In this document: in pieces, positions 1-6,657 of the stretch
Position numbering within the stretch: position 1 is the first letter of the stretch
Layout: each line of letters begins with the position of its first letter
Virus genome (UHGV): UHGV-0767307
DNA from: a virus
DNA length: 10,151 nucleotides
Strand: one strand, 5' to 3'
The notes under the pieces: model-generated
Seen by the model: only the letters and a program-made list of their open reading frames with translations
Database searches by the model: none
Told to the model about the DNA's origin: nothing
Position numbers and translations under genes: made by a program

Positions 1-199
1 ACGAATACACCGGTAACGGCGTTACGACATCGTTTCCGTATACTTTTCGAATTTTGATGTTACACAAGCGAGAAAACTTGATAAAAAAGGCTGGAACAAA
101 AAGGGGCTGTATTCAATACAGACCCCTGGTGGAATACAAGAACTATCCATCGTTTCAGAATCAGGTCTCTACATCCTTATTCTGCGTTGCAAAGAGGCA

Positions 200-634
200 A
201 TGACTGAGGGAACGAGAGCATTCAGATTTCTTGAATGGGTTACAGGTGAGGTTCTTCCTCAGATCCGCCGCACCGGAAGTTACATTAAAAACTCGCTCCC
301 GCAGGAAGAACGCATAAAGATGGTTGCCGACCAGGTAGCCAACGCCACGGCGTCAGCAGTAATGCAGGCAATGAAGATAGAGAACAAAACCTACAGTGCC
401 CCGCTGAAGCCCGGCTACCGCAGCCTGATTCATTCGCCGTCTGGTGTTCTCGGCCTGACGGAGAACTCACTGCTGATGAATCTGCTGAACCAGTTACAGG
501 ACGACGGGCACGACGTATCGGGCGCGGCGGCGGAGCTGACCACCATGTTCTGCTACATCGTCGGTGTGAGTAAATGCCTGCGTGATATCCAGACTCACGC
601 GGAGTACATCAACGACAAAGCAGGATTCTTCTGA
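200..634 (+). CDS. Bro-N-like antirepressor-family protein, probably N-terminally truncated (144 aa from the only in-frame ATG)
   Basis: ORF 200..634. The translation across the start (..ELSIVSESGLYILILRCKEA-MTEGTRAFRFLEWVTGEVLPQIRRTGSY..) matches the conserved C-terminal end of Bro-N domains (ESGLY...A..F..WV..VLP.IR..G.Y pattern, recalled, not searched). The frame is open upstream only to a TAA at 14-16, and there is no ATG/GTG/TTG in frame between 17 and 199. A hairpin follows the stop. Confidence 0.55.
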   Translation: MTEGTRAFRFLEWVTGEVLPQIRRTGSYIKNSLPQEERIKMVADQVANATASAVMQAMKIENKTYSAPLKPGYRSLIHSPSGVLGLTENSLLMNLLNQLQDDGHDVSGAAAELTTMFCYIVGVSKCLRDIQTHAEYINDKAGFF

Positions 635-642
635 CGGGCGGC

Positions 643-668
643 GGCACAGGGATGTGCCTTTAAATAAT
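643..668 (+). terminator. Possible weak intrinsic terminator after the Bro-like ORF
   Basis: Stem GGCACA (643-648) / TGTGCC (653-658) with a GGGA loop, followed by the T/A-rich run TTTAAATAATT. Lies 9 nt after the stop at 632-634. The short stem and interrupted U-tract make it weak. Confidence 0.3.
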
Positions 669-678
669 TCTGTACAGA

Positions 679-707
679 TTGCAGACTGGGGGTGAATAGC
701 GTACTAT
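679..707 (+). promoter_or_regulatory. Candidate sigma70-type promoter for the 781..1413 gene
   Basis: TTGCAG (679-684), 17-bp spacer, TACTAT (702-707). Sits in the AT-rich intergenic region about 75 nt upstream of ATG 781. Found by eye only, so the false-positive risk is high. Confidence 0.25.
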
Positions 708-780
708 TACCTCAAGGGTAAGAAAGCATTTTTAATCTTCCCTTCAAAACGCGTCCTGTAGCCAAACATGGGAGGACGAA

Positions 781-1413
781 ATGAGAACAAATACAACAAG
801 AAAAGCGATGCCATACATTATCCCAGAAGCAGATTTCGATAGAAAACTGAACATGTCTGAGAAGAACACTAGTCACACCGAAAGCTACTTAGCGAAAGGT
901 GTGGTTGATTTCGTTCTTCCGGGATTCACAACACCTTATGGTTATCGCCTTGTAAAATCTTGTAATGGCGATCATTACAGAATGATTACTACCAGCGATA
1001 CTCCAGAAACGGTGTATGCGGTTAAGTTAATCTTTCGGGAAGATATCGTCGAAGCCAAAAGAACATGTACGCAGATCATGGTATGGCGTACGCCTAATGT
1101 TATTCATGACCGTGCTGTTCATGGTTTGCCTCAGATTTTTTTTCAGTTCTTCCTAGAGCAATATGCGATCGTTGTATCTGATGAGCAACAAACAATCGAT
1201 GGGAGAAGATTCTGGGAAAGAATGATTTCTTGGGCTATAAACACCCCAGGATATAATGTATACGTTTCAGATGGCTCTGAAGAAGATAGACCTCTTAGCT
1301 TCATGACATCATGGGATGATTTCTATAGCCAGTGGGCTGATTTCTGTTGGGGCAGTGATAAAGATGTGCATACCCACAGACTACTGGTTATAAGCAAAGA
1401 TAAACTGCATTAA
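781..1413 (+). CDS. Hypothetical protein, 210 aa, no signal peptide; moron-like cargo gene of unknown function
   Basis: ORF 781..1413 with a strong Shine-Dalgarno GGAGGA (771-776) 4 nt before the ATG. GC is about 38-40%, clearly below the flanking phage genes. A classic intrinsic terminator follows directly. I recognise no family; the sequence is acidic and aromatic-rich with a C-terminal ..HTHRLLVISKDKLH. Confidence 0.75.
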   Translation: MRTNTTRKAMPYIIPEADFDRKLNMSEKNTSHTESYLAKGVVDFVLPGFTTPYGYRLVKSCNGDHYRMITTSDTPETVYAVKLIFREDIVEAKRTCTQIMVWRTPNVIHDRAVHGLPQIFFQFFLEQYAIVVSDEQQTIDGRRFWERMISWAINTPGYNVYVSDGSEEDRPLSFMTSWDDFYSQWADFCWGSDKDVHTHRLLVISKDKLH

Positions 1414-1416
1414 TAG

Positions 1417-1439
1417 AAGCCCGCAGCGCGGGCTTTTTT
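1417..1439 (+). terminator. Rho-independent terminator of the 781..1413 gene
   Basis: Perfect 8-bp stem AAGCCCGC (1417-1424) / GCGGGCTT (1428-1435) with a 3-nt loop, running into a T6 tract (1434-1439). Begins 4 nt after the TAA stop. Confidence 0.7.
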
Positions 1440-1511
1440 GTGGACGAAACAAAAGTCAGTGCTACACTCATTGACGCCACATTGAGGTGGCTTATAGATG
1501 GAAATTTCACA

Positions 1512-1673
1512 ATGAAAAAAGCATTTGCTGCACTGTTCGTTTTGTTGTCTCTGGTAGCTTCAACTCAGGCCTTTGCCGGTCGTTGTCAGCACGACAGCGA
1601 TACCGCCGCTGACGGCTCCCGCTGCGGTGGGCGTTCTGCGGATTCCCGCCCGGGCGGCGGTGGCATTCGTTAA
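1512..1673 (+). CDS. Small secreted peptide precursor (53 aa: Sec-type signal peptide plus a 31-aa Gly/Arg/Asp-rich mature part with 2 Cys)
   Basis: ATG 1512 gives MKKAFAALFVLLSLVASTQAFA|GRCQHDSDTAADGSRCGGRSADSRPGGGGIR, with a textbook n-h-c signal peptide and an AFA cleavage motif. The ORF track starts at GTG 1440, which would put 24 residues in front of the signal peptide, so ATG 1512 is preferred. The 3' half is markedly GC-rich. A 5-codon upstream ORF at 1498-1515 (MEISQ) with SD GAGGTGG overlaps the ATG. The gene is short, so a chance ORF is not excluded. Confidence 0.5.
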   Translation: MKKAFAALFVLLSLVASTQAFAGRCQHDSDTAADGSRCGGRSADSRPGGGGIR

Positions 1674-1696
1674 AAACAAGGCCGCGAAAGCGGCCT
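1671..1696 (-). terminator. Intrinsic terminator for the minus-strand gene 1710..2159 (hairpin shared with the end of the + strand peptide gene)
   Basis: Stem GGCCGC (1680-1685) / GCGGCC (1690-1695) with a GAAA tetraloop. On the - strand transcript it is followed by UUGUUUUUA (complement of 1671-1679). Lies 14 nt downstream of the - strand stop at 1710-1712. There is no U-tract on the + strand side. Confidence 0.55.
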
Positions 1697-1709
1697 GTGA
1701 CATGTCACG

Positions 1710-2159
1710 CTACTTGCGAAATCTTTCTTTACCCTTCCAGCCAGTAGATGTTAGTTCAGGATGAATGGTTCCCAATATAAAGCCAACCATAGCGGAGCGA
1801 GGATCTTCTATTTTATCCGTTAATTCTTCGGCATAACTCACAGGCAACCAAGCAACAAGATCACCAATCCTCAGCTTTGGTCCTTTGCTGTAAGATGAAT
1901 CGGCAATAACAAAAAATCCACCATCAGCTGAGCACACCTTCAGCATTGCCCTTTGTCTTCCAGAATCTAGCAAAACTGGCTGTTCCCCACTTGGACCAGG
2001 TATGATGATGGCTGGCATTGGTTTATTGGCTGAAAGGCTTGTGTCAAGATACTTACACGCATACTCAAAAGCTGAAAAGTTATCCTTAAAGATAAGAGGT
2101 TGAATTTTATTGCTAACCTCCTTACCACCGATTAATCTGTTGATCATCTTCTTGAACAT
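1710..2159 (-). CDS. Hypothetical protein, 149 aa, cytoplasmic-looking, unknown function
   Basis: Minus-strand ORF with stop at 1710-1712. The track starts at GTG 2166-2168, but the in-frame ATG at 2157-2159 is preceded by AGGTGA with a 5-nt spacer, and the GGTGA is built from that GTG, so ATG 2159 is preferred. GC about 40%. Protein MFKKMINRLIGG...; no motif recognised. Confidence 0.6.
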   Translation of the reverse strand: MFKKMINRLIGGKEVSNKIQPLIFKDNFSAFEYACKYLDTSLSANKPMPAIIIPGPSGEQPVLLDSGRQRAMLKVCSADGGFFVIADSSYSKGPKLRIGDLVAWLPVSYAEELTDKIEDPRSAMVGFILGTIHPELTSTGWKGKERFRK

Positions 2160-2171
2160 AAAGGTCACCTA

Positions 2172-2612
2172 ATGATTAAGCCGATGCACGCTATTACAGC
2201 TACCGTTTTGTTTATCCTACCAATTTTTTTGTTTGCAAACGACATATGTTTTAAGAATTTAATAAATGAGGATATGTGTGCACATGCAAACAAAATTGCA
2301 TCAGAAGCAGGAAAGTCACTTCCCATAAAATTGAATGATAATATGTCTATTGTTTCAATAAATGCAATACTAAACAAACTTTTAGTTGTAGCGCATCTTA
2401 ATTACAACAACAGCTATTTATCAAAAGTTTATAACGGTGATGTAACCTTAGAAAATAAATTAAAGAGTGTAATGCGAAATTATTCAAAATCGAGCATTTG
2501 CTCCAACAGGCAAATGAAAGCATTTATTCACCTTGGCGGAGAGATTGAATATAGGTATGTATTTAGTGATGGCAATATATTTGATACATACGCCATCACT
2601 AATTGTGAATAG
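2172..2612 (+). CDS. Secreted or membrane-anchored protein, 146 aa, AT-rich moron gene of unknown function
   Basis: ORF 2172..2612 at roughly 30-32% GC. A 146-codon open frame is very unlikely by chance at that composition (rough estimate P about 1e-5). The N-terminus MIKPMHAITATVLFILPIFLFA is a signal peptide or signal anchor. The protein is Asn/Lys/Ile-rich with 4 Cys. Its TAG stop (2610-2612) abuts the stop of the convergent 2613.. gene. Confidence 0.7.
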   Translation: MIKPMHAITATVLFILPIFLFANDICFKNLINEDMCAHANKIASEAGKSLPIKLNDNMSIVSINAILNKLLVVAHLNYNNSYLSKVYNGDVTLENKLKSVMRNYSKSSICSNRQMKAFIHLGGEIEYRYVFSDGNIFDTYAITNCE

Positions 2613-5324
2613 CTATTTCATCTGCTCTTCAACTTTATTTAGTAACGGTGATATCGCCCACAGGTTCTGAAAAGGTAGCATTTTACGGACCGCGTGGGTT
2701 TGCTGGCTGTCAAATTCTCCGTTAAGTACACCATTCGCAACCGTCGCGGCATCACCGCCAAGATCAAAGGTAGGACCAAGTAAAGCACCAATAGCATTAC
2801 GACTCTGAAACCTTGATACCGGAGGCGCACCAAACATCGCGCCAAGACCAAACCTACCGCCGCTTATGTTCTCAACGGTATTCAGCGGCTCAGAGAGCCA
2901 GCCAAGCATTCCGCCCCGGTCGATCCCCTCTTTCACAAGGTTATTCCAGCTGTAGTCGATATCGCGACCGCTTAACTTCTGTTTCATCATATAGACCATT
3001 GAGCCAAGCGCAATCGTGCCAAGCGCACCAAGATAGAATGCAGCATCGCCCTGCTGGATACCAGATACTAGCACCCTGTTATGCTGTGCGAAGATAAACG
3101 TTTTGAACTGCGTGATCATCTTCCAGCCTTCTTTACTAAAAAACAGCGGTGTATCACCTACGCCAGGCGTTACAATCACTGAGTCTACATCTTTCAGCAC
3201 TGCAGACTGGAAAATCTCTCTAGCGAAACGGTCATCCCACAGATGACTATGCCCGGTTAACAGCCCGTCCATATCCTCTCCGTGCTCCCCGAATTGCTCC
3301 CCGATTCGGCGCAGAACATCTTCATTGATGCCGACCTGTGCCATCTTCCGCATTTCACTTTTGGAGAGCGTGCCACCAGCAGAAACTTGGCGAGCCGCGT
3401 CAAGTATCCTCGACTGCACTATCATCCCGGACCATGATTTAAGTGCGCTGTTCCACTGATTCATCAGCGTCCAGTTACCGAATTTCTGCGTCATCCAGTT
3501 CAGACCTCGCTCAGCGGCGCTTCTCCGGCTATAGGGGTCAGTAAGATCCGCTATAGCCTTTGTACGCGTAGACAGGACATAATCAAGCCCAACGGCCATT
3601 TCTCGCAAATCCCTGGTTGCAATTTTCACTGAGTCCATATTTTTAAGCATGCTTACCATTGGTCCGAGAGATTTTCTCAGGCCATGCTGCATCATCGGTC
3701 GCATCAGATCAGTTGCAGCGGAGACAGTCATTCCACCAAGCAAACGGAGGAAGTTAATATTCCTAGCAACTCGCCCGGCACGAACAAAGAAACTGCGTGG
3801 ATCTTGAGGTGCACCGTAAGTACCAAGCAGTCGATCACGCATAGCCGTAATATCCCTAATATCAGCCTCCCGTTGCTTCTCAAGAACTGCACGTCGTTTA
3901 GGTGTTTTAGCCTCTTTTATTAGCCGGGTATATTCCTCACTAACCTGACGGATTTGCTCCCCCATATCTTTACGGCCAAACTGCGCAGTCAGCTCAATTT
4001 CTGGTGCCACCTGCCGGAGATAACTTTCCATGATGTAGTTAACATCTGATTCAAGAAAATCTTCTATACGCTCATCAGGAATAAGCAGCGTTCTGCTTTT
4101 AGTGAAACCAGCCCGACCAACGAGTCTCTCTGGGATAATATCGGCTGGTACAAGCCCGGAAGGTGCGCCTATTATTTTATTCACGATCTCGTCAGCAGCG
4201 TCCTCTGCTTCCTCTCGGGATAGAGGCTCCATCTGCTTCAGTGCTCGTTCGCGGCTTGCATTCAGCCTTGTGGTTGAATTTGCCCGTTTTTGCAGTCGGC
4301 GAAGCTCAGAACGATATTTCCGTGGATTATCCAGCAACTCCATATGGCGCTGATAGACAGGAAGCTCACTCTTTGCCTGCGCTATATCATCAAGGCGTGT
4401 TTTAAGGTCAGAGCTTTCTTTCATCATTCTTGCCTGAAGTTTTTCTGATGAAGTCTCGGCCAACTCTTTTTCTATTCTTGTAAGACGCGCCTGTGTGTCA
4501 GTCTCCTGAGATATAAGCTTATTTCGTTTATCCAGTTCTTCCATGAGTAGAATTTTTTTACCAGACCATTTCTCCGCTTCAGCGATTTCACTAGCGAGAG
4601 CATCAGCGCGCGGTGCCGATTCCTCTGCAGTTTTTAGCAATGAATTTATCCTTTCAATTCGCTGACCTGCTTTGTCAGCACCTTTGGCACTAATCCCTTG
4701 TATCCAGTTGGCAATTCGCCCTCTGAATTCAGTGCGGTCGGAAAGTATCTTATCGAACTTATAAATGCGGGGAAGATAACTTTTCGCCGTCACGACATCG
4801 ATATCCTCAGGAAGGATCCCCAGTTCCTGCATACGGGCTTTTGTGGTCTCGAAAATGGGGCGGATTCTGGCGGCTGCTTGTGAAACCTCAGGAATATCAC
4901 TCTGATCACCACGGCGCATAGCCATGCCAACAGCTTCATTGAAATCAATAAAGTTCATCCTCTTCACGCCGCGGGCGCTAACAGATTTGCTGTACTGCTG
5001 GTAAGCATCACGAGTGGCTTCCATCTGCTTATAAAGCATGGCGTCGTATTGCTTAATCTTAGTCTCGACTGCCGTAAACGTAGCCAACCCCTCATCATTT
5101 TTGGCGAAGAAATAGTTATTTTCGGCAAGCTGCTGGTTAATCTGACGGGAGACAAGAGATGGTGATTGAGCCAAGCGGCCAGCAGGAGTGACACTCAACG
5201 TTTTGTTAGCAAGTCCAAGTCCAGCGAGCTGTTCCTGATCGAGTGTGGTATTGAAAACCTGAGCTGCACCAATGCTTTGAGGAGAATCCATACCTCGCAA
5301 ATGATTACCTACTGAGTTAACCAC
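2613..5324 (-). CDS. C-terminal portion (903-codon ORF) of a large internal-virion / ejection-like protein gene split by a tandem duplication
   Basis: The open frame 2613..5324 begins at GTG 5322-5324 (first ATG at 5289-5291), neither with a convincing Shine-Dalgarno. Its first 188 residues are identical to the last residues of ORF 5392..6657 because of the 655-bp repeat. Removing one copy joins the two ORFs in frame. It contains a long charged coiled-coil-like region (..ELDKRNKLISQETDTQARLTRIEKELAETSSEKLQARMMKESSDLKTRLDD..) and a Gly-rich C-terminal end. Confidence 0.7.
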   Translation of the reverse strand: MVNSVGNHLRGMDSPQSIGAAQVFNTTLDQEQLAGLGLANKTLSVTPAGRLAQSPSLVSRQINQQLAENNYFFAKNDEGLATFTAVETKIKQYDAMLYKQMEATRDAYQQYSKSVSARGVKRMNFIDFNEAVGMAMRRGDQSDIPEVSQAAARIRPIFETTKARMQELGILPEDIDVVTAKSYLPRIYKFDKILSDRTEFRGRIANWIQGISAKGADKAGQRIERINSLLKTAEESAPRADALASEIAEAEKWSGKKILLMEELDKRNKLISQETDTQARLTRIEKELAETSSEKLQARMMKESSDLKTRLDDIAQAKSELPVYQRHMELLDNPRKYRSELRRLQKRANSTTRLNASRERALKQMEPLSREEAEDAADEIVNKIIGAPSGLVPADIIPERLVGRAGFTKSRTLLIPDERIEDFLESDVNYIMESYLRQVAPEIELTAQFGRKDMGEQIRQVSEEYTRLIKEAKTPKRRAVLEKQREADIRDITAMRDRLLGTYGAPQDPRSFFVRAGRVARNINFLRLLGGMTVSAATDLMRPMMQHGLRKSLGPMVSMLKNMDSVKIATRDLREMAVGLDYVLSTRTKAIADLTDPYSRRSAAERGLNWMTQKFGNWTLMNQWNSALKSWSGMIVQSRILDAARQVSAGGTLSKSEMRKMAQVGINEDVLRRIGEQFGEHGEDMDGLLTGHSHLWDDRFAREIFQSAVLKDVDSVIVTPGVGDTPLFFSKEGWKMITQFKTFIFAQHNRVLVSGIQQGDAAFYLGALGTIALGSMVYMMKQKLSGRDIDYSWNNLVKEGIDRGGMLGWLSEPLNTVENISGGRFGLGAMFGAPPVSRFQSRNAIGALLGPTFDLGGDAATVANGVLNGEFDSQQTHAVRKMLPFQNLWAISPLLNKVEEQMK

Positions 5325-5411
5325 TGCCTCGCGCGCGCTAGGTCCAGCAAGTAGCTGTGCACCAGCACCAAGGATCCCACCAACGAGAGCATCAACAACA
5401 ACGTTCGATAC
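4757..5411. repeat. Tandem direct repeat, copy A (655 bp)
   Basis: Identical to 5412-6066 wherever I compared the two copies in 60-nt blocks across the whole unit. Flanking bases differ (4756 A vs 5411 C; 5412 A vs 6067 G), so the boundaries are exact and the copies sit head-to-tail with no spacer. Confidence 0.9.
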
Positions 5412-6657
5412 ACTTATAAATGCGGGGAAGATAACTTTTCGCCGTCACGACATCGATATCCTCAGGAAGGATCCCCAGTTCCTGCATACGGGCTTTTGTG
5501 GTCTCGAAAATGGGGCGGATTCTGGCGGCTGCTTGTGAAACCTCAGGAATATCACTCTGATCACCACGGCGCATAGCCATGCCAACAGCTTCATTGAAAT
5601 CAATAAAGTTCATCCTCTTCACGCCGCGGGCGCTAACAGATTTGCTGTACTGCTGGTAAGCATCACGAGTGGCTTCCATCTGCTTATAAAGCATGGCGTC
5701 GTATTGCTTAATCTTAGTCTCGACTGCCGTAAACGTAGCCAACCCCTCATCATTTTTGGCGAAGAAATAGTTATTTTCGGCAAGCTGCTGGTTAATCTGA
5801 CGGGAGACAAGAGATGGTGATTGAGCCAAGCGGCCAGCAGGAGTGACACTCAACGTTTTGTTAGCAAGTCCAAGTCCAGCGAGCTGTTCCTGATCGAGTG
5901 TGGTATTGAAAACCTGAGCTGCACCAATGCTTTGAGGAGAATCCATACCTCGCAAATGATTACCTACTGAGTTAACCACTGCCTCGCGCGCGCTAGGTCC
6001 AGCAAGTAGCTGTGCACCAGCACCAAGGATCCCACCAACGAGAGCATCAACAACAACGTTCGATACGCTCTCCATCGGTGAGCGAGCTTCCTGAGTGGCC
6101 TGTAATGCGGCTTCTGATACTCCCCCACCAGCAGCATTCGCCAGGGCAAAACGCCCTGCCGTCTCAGCAATACTTCCTCCACGCGCTACCGCCCCTACAG
6201 GGATAAACATTGCAGCCACATTAACCGGGTCTATCATTCCCATTGCTAAGCTTGAAATAGTACCAGCACCACCCATTTCAGATAGATATTCTCTATCTGT
6301 TCTTTGCTTATCGATTCGATGTTTAATTGCCATTGTTTCTTCATGCGAACCGGAGTTGATAAACGAATCTGCAAAATCTTCATAGCCTTTAATATCTGCT
6401 GCATCGTTATCAAATGGGTTATATCCTTCAACCCTGTCAAACTGACTGAAAGGAGCACTGGCAATAAAGCTACCCAGCGTGTTATCTATACGAAATGCTG
6501 CTTGTCTAGACCTTTGAACGCGTTGATCACTGGTAAATGGGTTCACAGCAGAAAGCAAAGAAGGTGTTTCCATATAGAAATTACTGTCATCAGGTGCTGC
6601 TATTTGCTGAATATCCTCGCCAAGCAACTCTTTAGGATCCTGTTCATATATCGGCAT
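5392..6657 (-). CDS. N-terminal portion (421-codon ORF) of the same large virion protein gene, ending prematurely just after the duplication junction
   Basis: ATG at 6655-6657 overlaps the TAA of the upstream 915-aa gene (TAATG). The frame runs through copy B, crosses the junction at 5411/5412 out of frame and stops after 6 aberrant codons (..YLPRIYK-CIERCC*). It contains Gly/Ala-rich hydrophobic segments (..GGAGTISSLAMGMIDPVNVAAMFIPVGAVARGG.., ..LVGGILGAGAQLLAG..), consistent with a membrane-interacting ejection protein. Confidence 0.7.
   Translation of the reverse strand: MPIYEQDPKELLGEDIQQIAAPDDSNFYMETPSLLSAVNPFTSDQRVQRSRQAAFRIDNTLGSFIASAPFSQFDRVEGYNPFDNDAADIKGYEDFADSFINSGSHEETMAIKHRIDKQRTDREYLSEMGGAGTISSLAMGMIDPVNVAAMFIPVGAVARGGSIAETAGRFALANAAGGGVSEAALQATQEARSPMESVSNVVVDALVGGILGAGAQLLAGPSAREAVVNSVGNHLRGMDSPQSIGAAQVFNTTLDQEQLAGLGLANKTLSVTPAGRLAQSPSLVSRQINQQLAENNYFFAKNDEGLATFTAVETKIKQYDAMLYKQMEATRDAYQQYSKSVSARGVKRMNFIDFNEAVGMAMRRGDQSDIPEVSQAAARIRPIFETTKARMQELGILPEDIDVVTAKSYLPRIYKCIERCC
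5412..6066. repeat. Tandem direct repeat, copy B (655 bp)
   Basis: Second copy of the 655-bp unit. 655 = 3x218+1, so reading through both copies shifts the frame by +1. The track ORFs 4964..5194 and 5619..5849 are identical 76-aa by-products of the repeat. Confidence 0.9.

Noticed and set aside
1440-1673. Track ORF starting at GTG 1440 (77 aa), which would put 24 residues in front of the signal peptide
   Set aside because: An N-terminal extension would bury the MKKAFAALFVLL.. signal peptide. ATG 1512 gives a canonical signal peptide at the extreme N-terminus, and the GTG sits immediately after the terminator T-tract with no ribosome-binding site.
1697-1708. Perfect 12-bp palindrome GTGACATGTCAC between the terminator hairpin and the stop of the minus-strand gene
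   Set aside because: A perfect 12-bp palindrome is expected about 2-3 times by chance in 10 kb (4^-6 per position), and I found no second copy or half-site nearby to suggest an operator.
1573-1764. 63-aa ORF in an alternative frame across the GC-rich stretch and both hairpins
   Set aside because: It overlaps the signal-peptide gene out of frame, runs through the terminator hairpin and into the 3' end of the convergent gene, and has no ribosome-binding site. It is most likely a by-product of the local GC-richness.
2140-2223. Promoter-like hexamers inside coding sequence flanking the head-to-head start codons (e.g. TTGATC 2140-2145 on +; TGTAAT-like -10 at complement of 2193-2198 on -)
   Set aside because: Spacers or hexamers are suboptimal, and AT-rich DNA produces many such matches by chance. 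They are mentioned only as hypotheses to test, not annotated.
1136-2230. Homopolymer tracts T8 (1136-1143, inside the 210-aa gene) and T7 (2224-2230, inside the signal-peptide region of the 146-aa gene) as possible phase-variation switches
   Set aside because: Runs of this length are expected in 30-40% GC DNA and simply encode Phe/Ile/Leu. Without population data showing length variation there is no support for a switch.
4964-5849. Two identical 76-aa ORFs (4964..5194 and 5619..5849)
   Set aside because: They are out-of-frame ORFs inside the duplicated segment of the large virion gene. Their identity simply reflects the tandem repeat.
2613-6657. Programmed ribosomal frameshift as the explanation for the two consecutive large ORFs
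   Set aside because: The frame change coincides exactly with the junction of two identical 655-bp copies and no slippery heptamer is evident there, so duplication-induced disruption is the simpler explanation.
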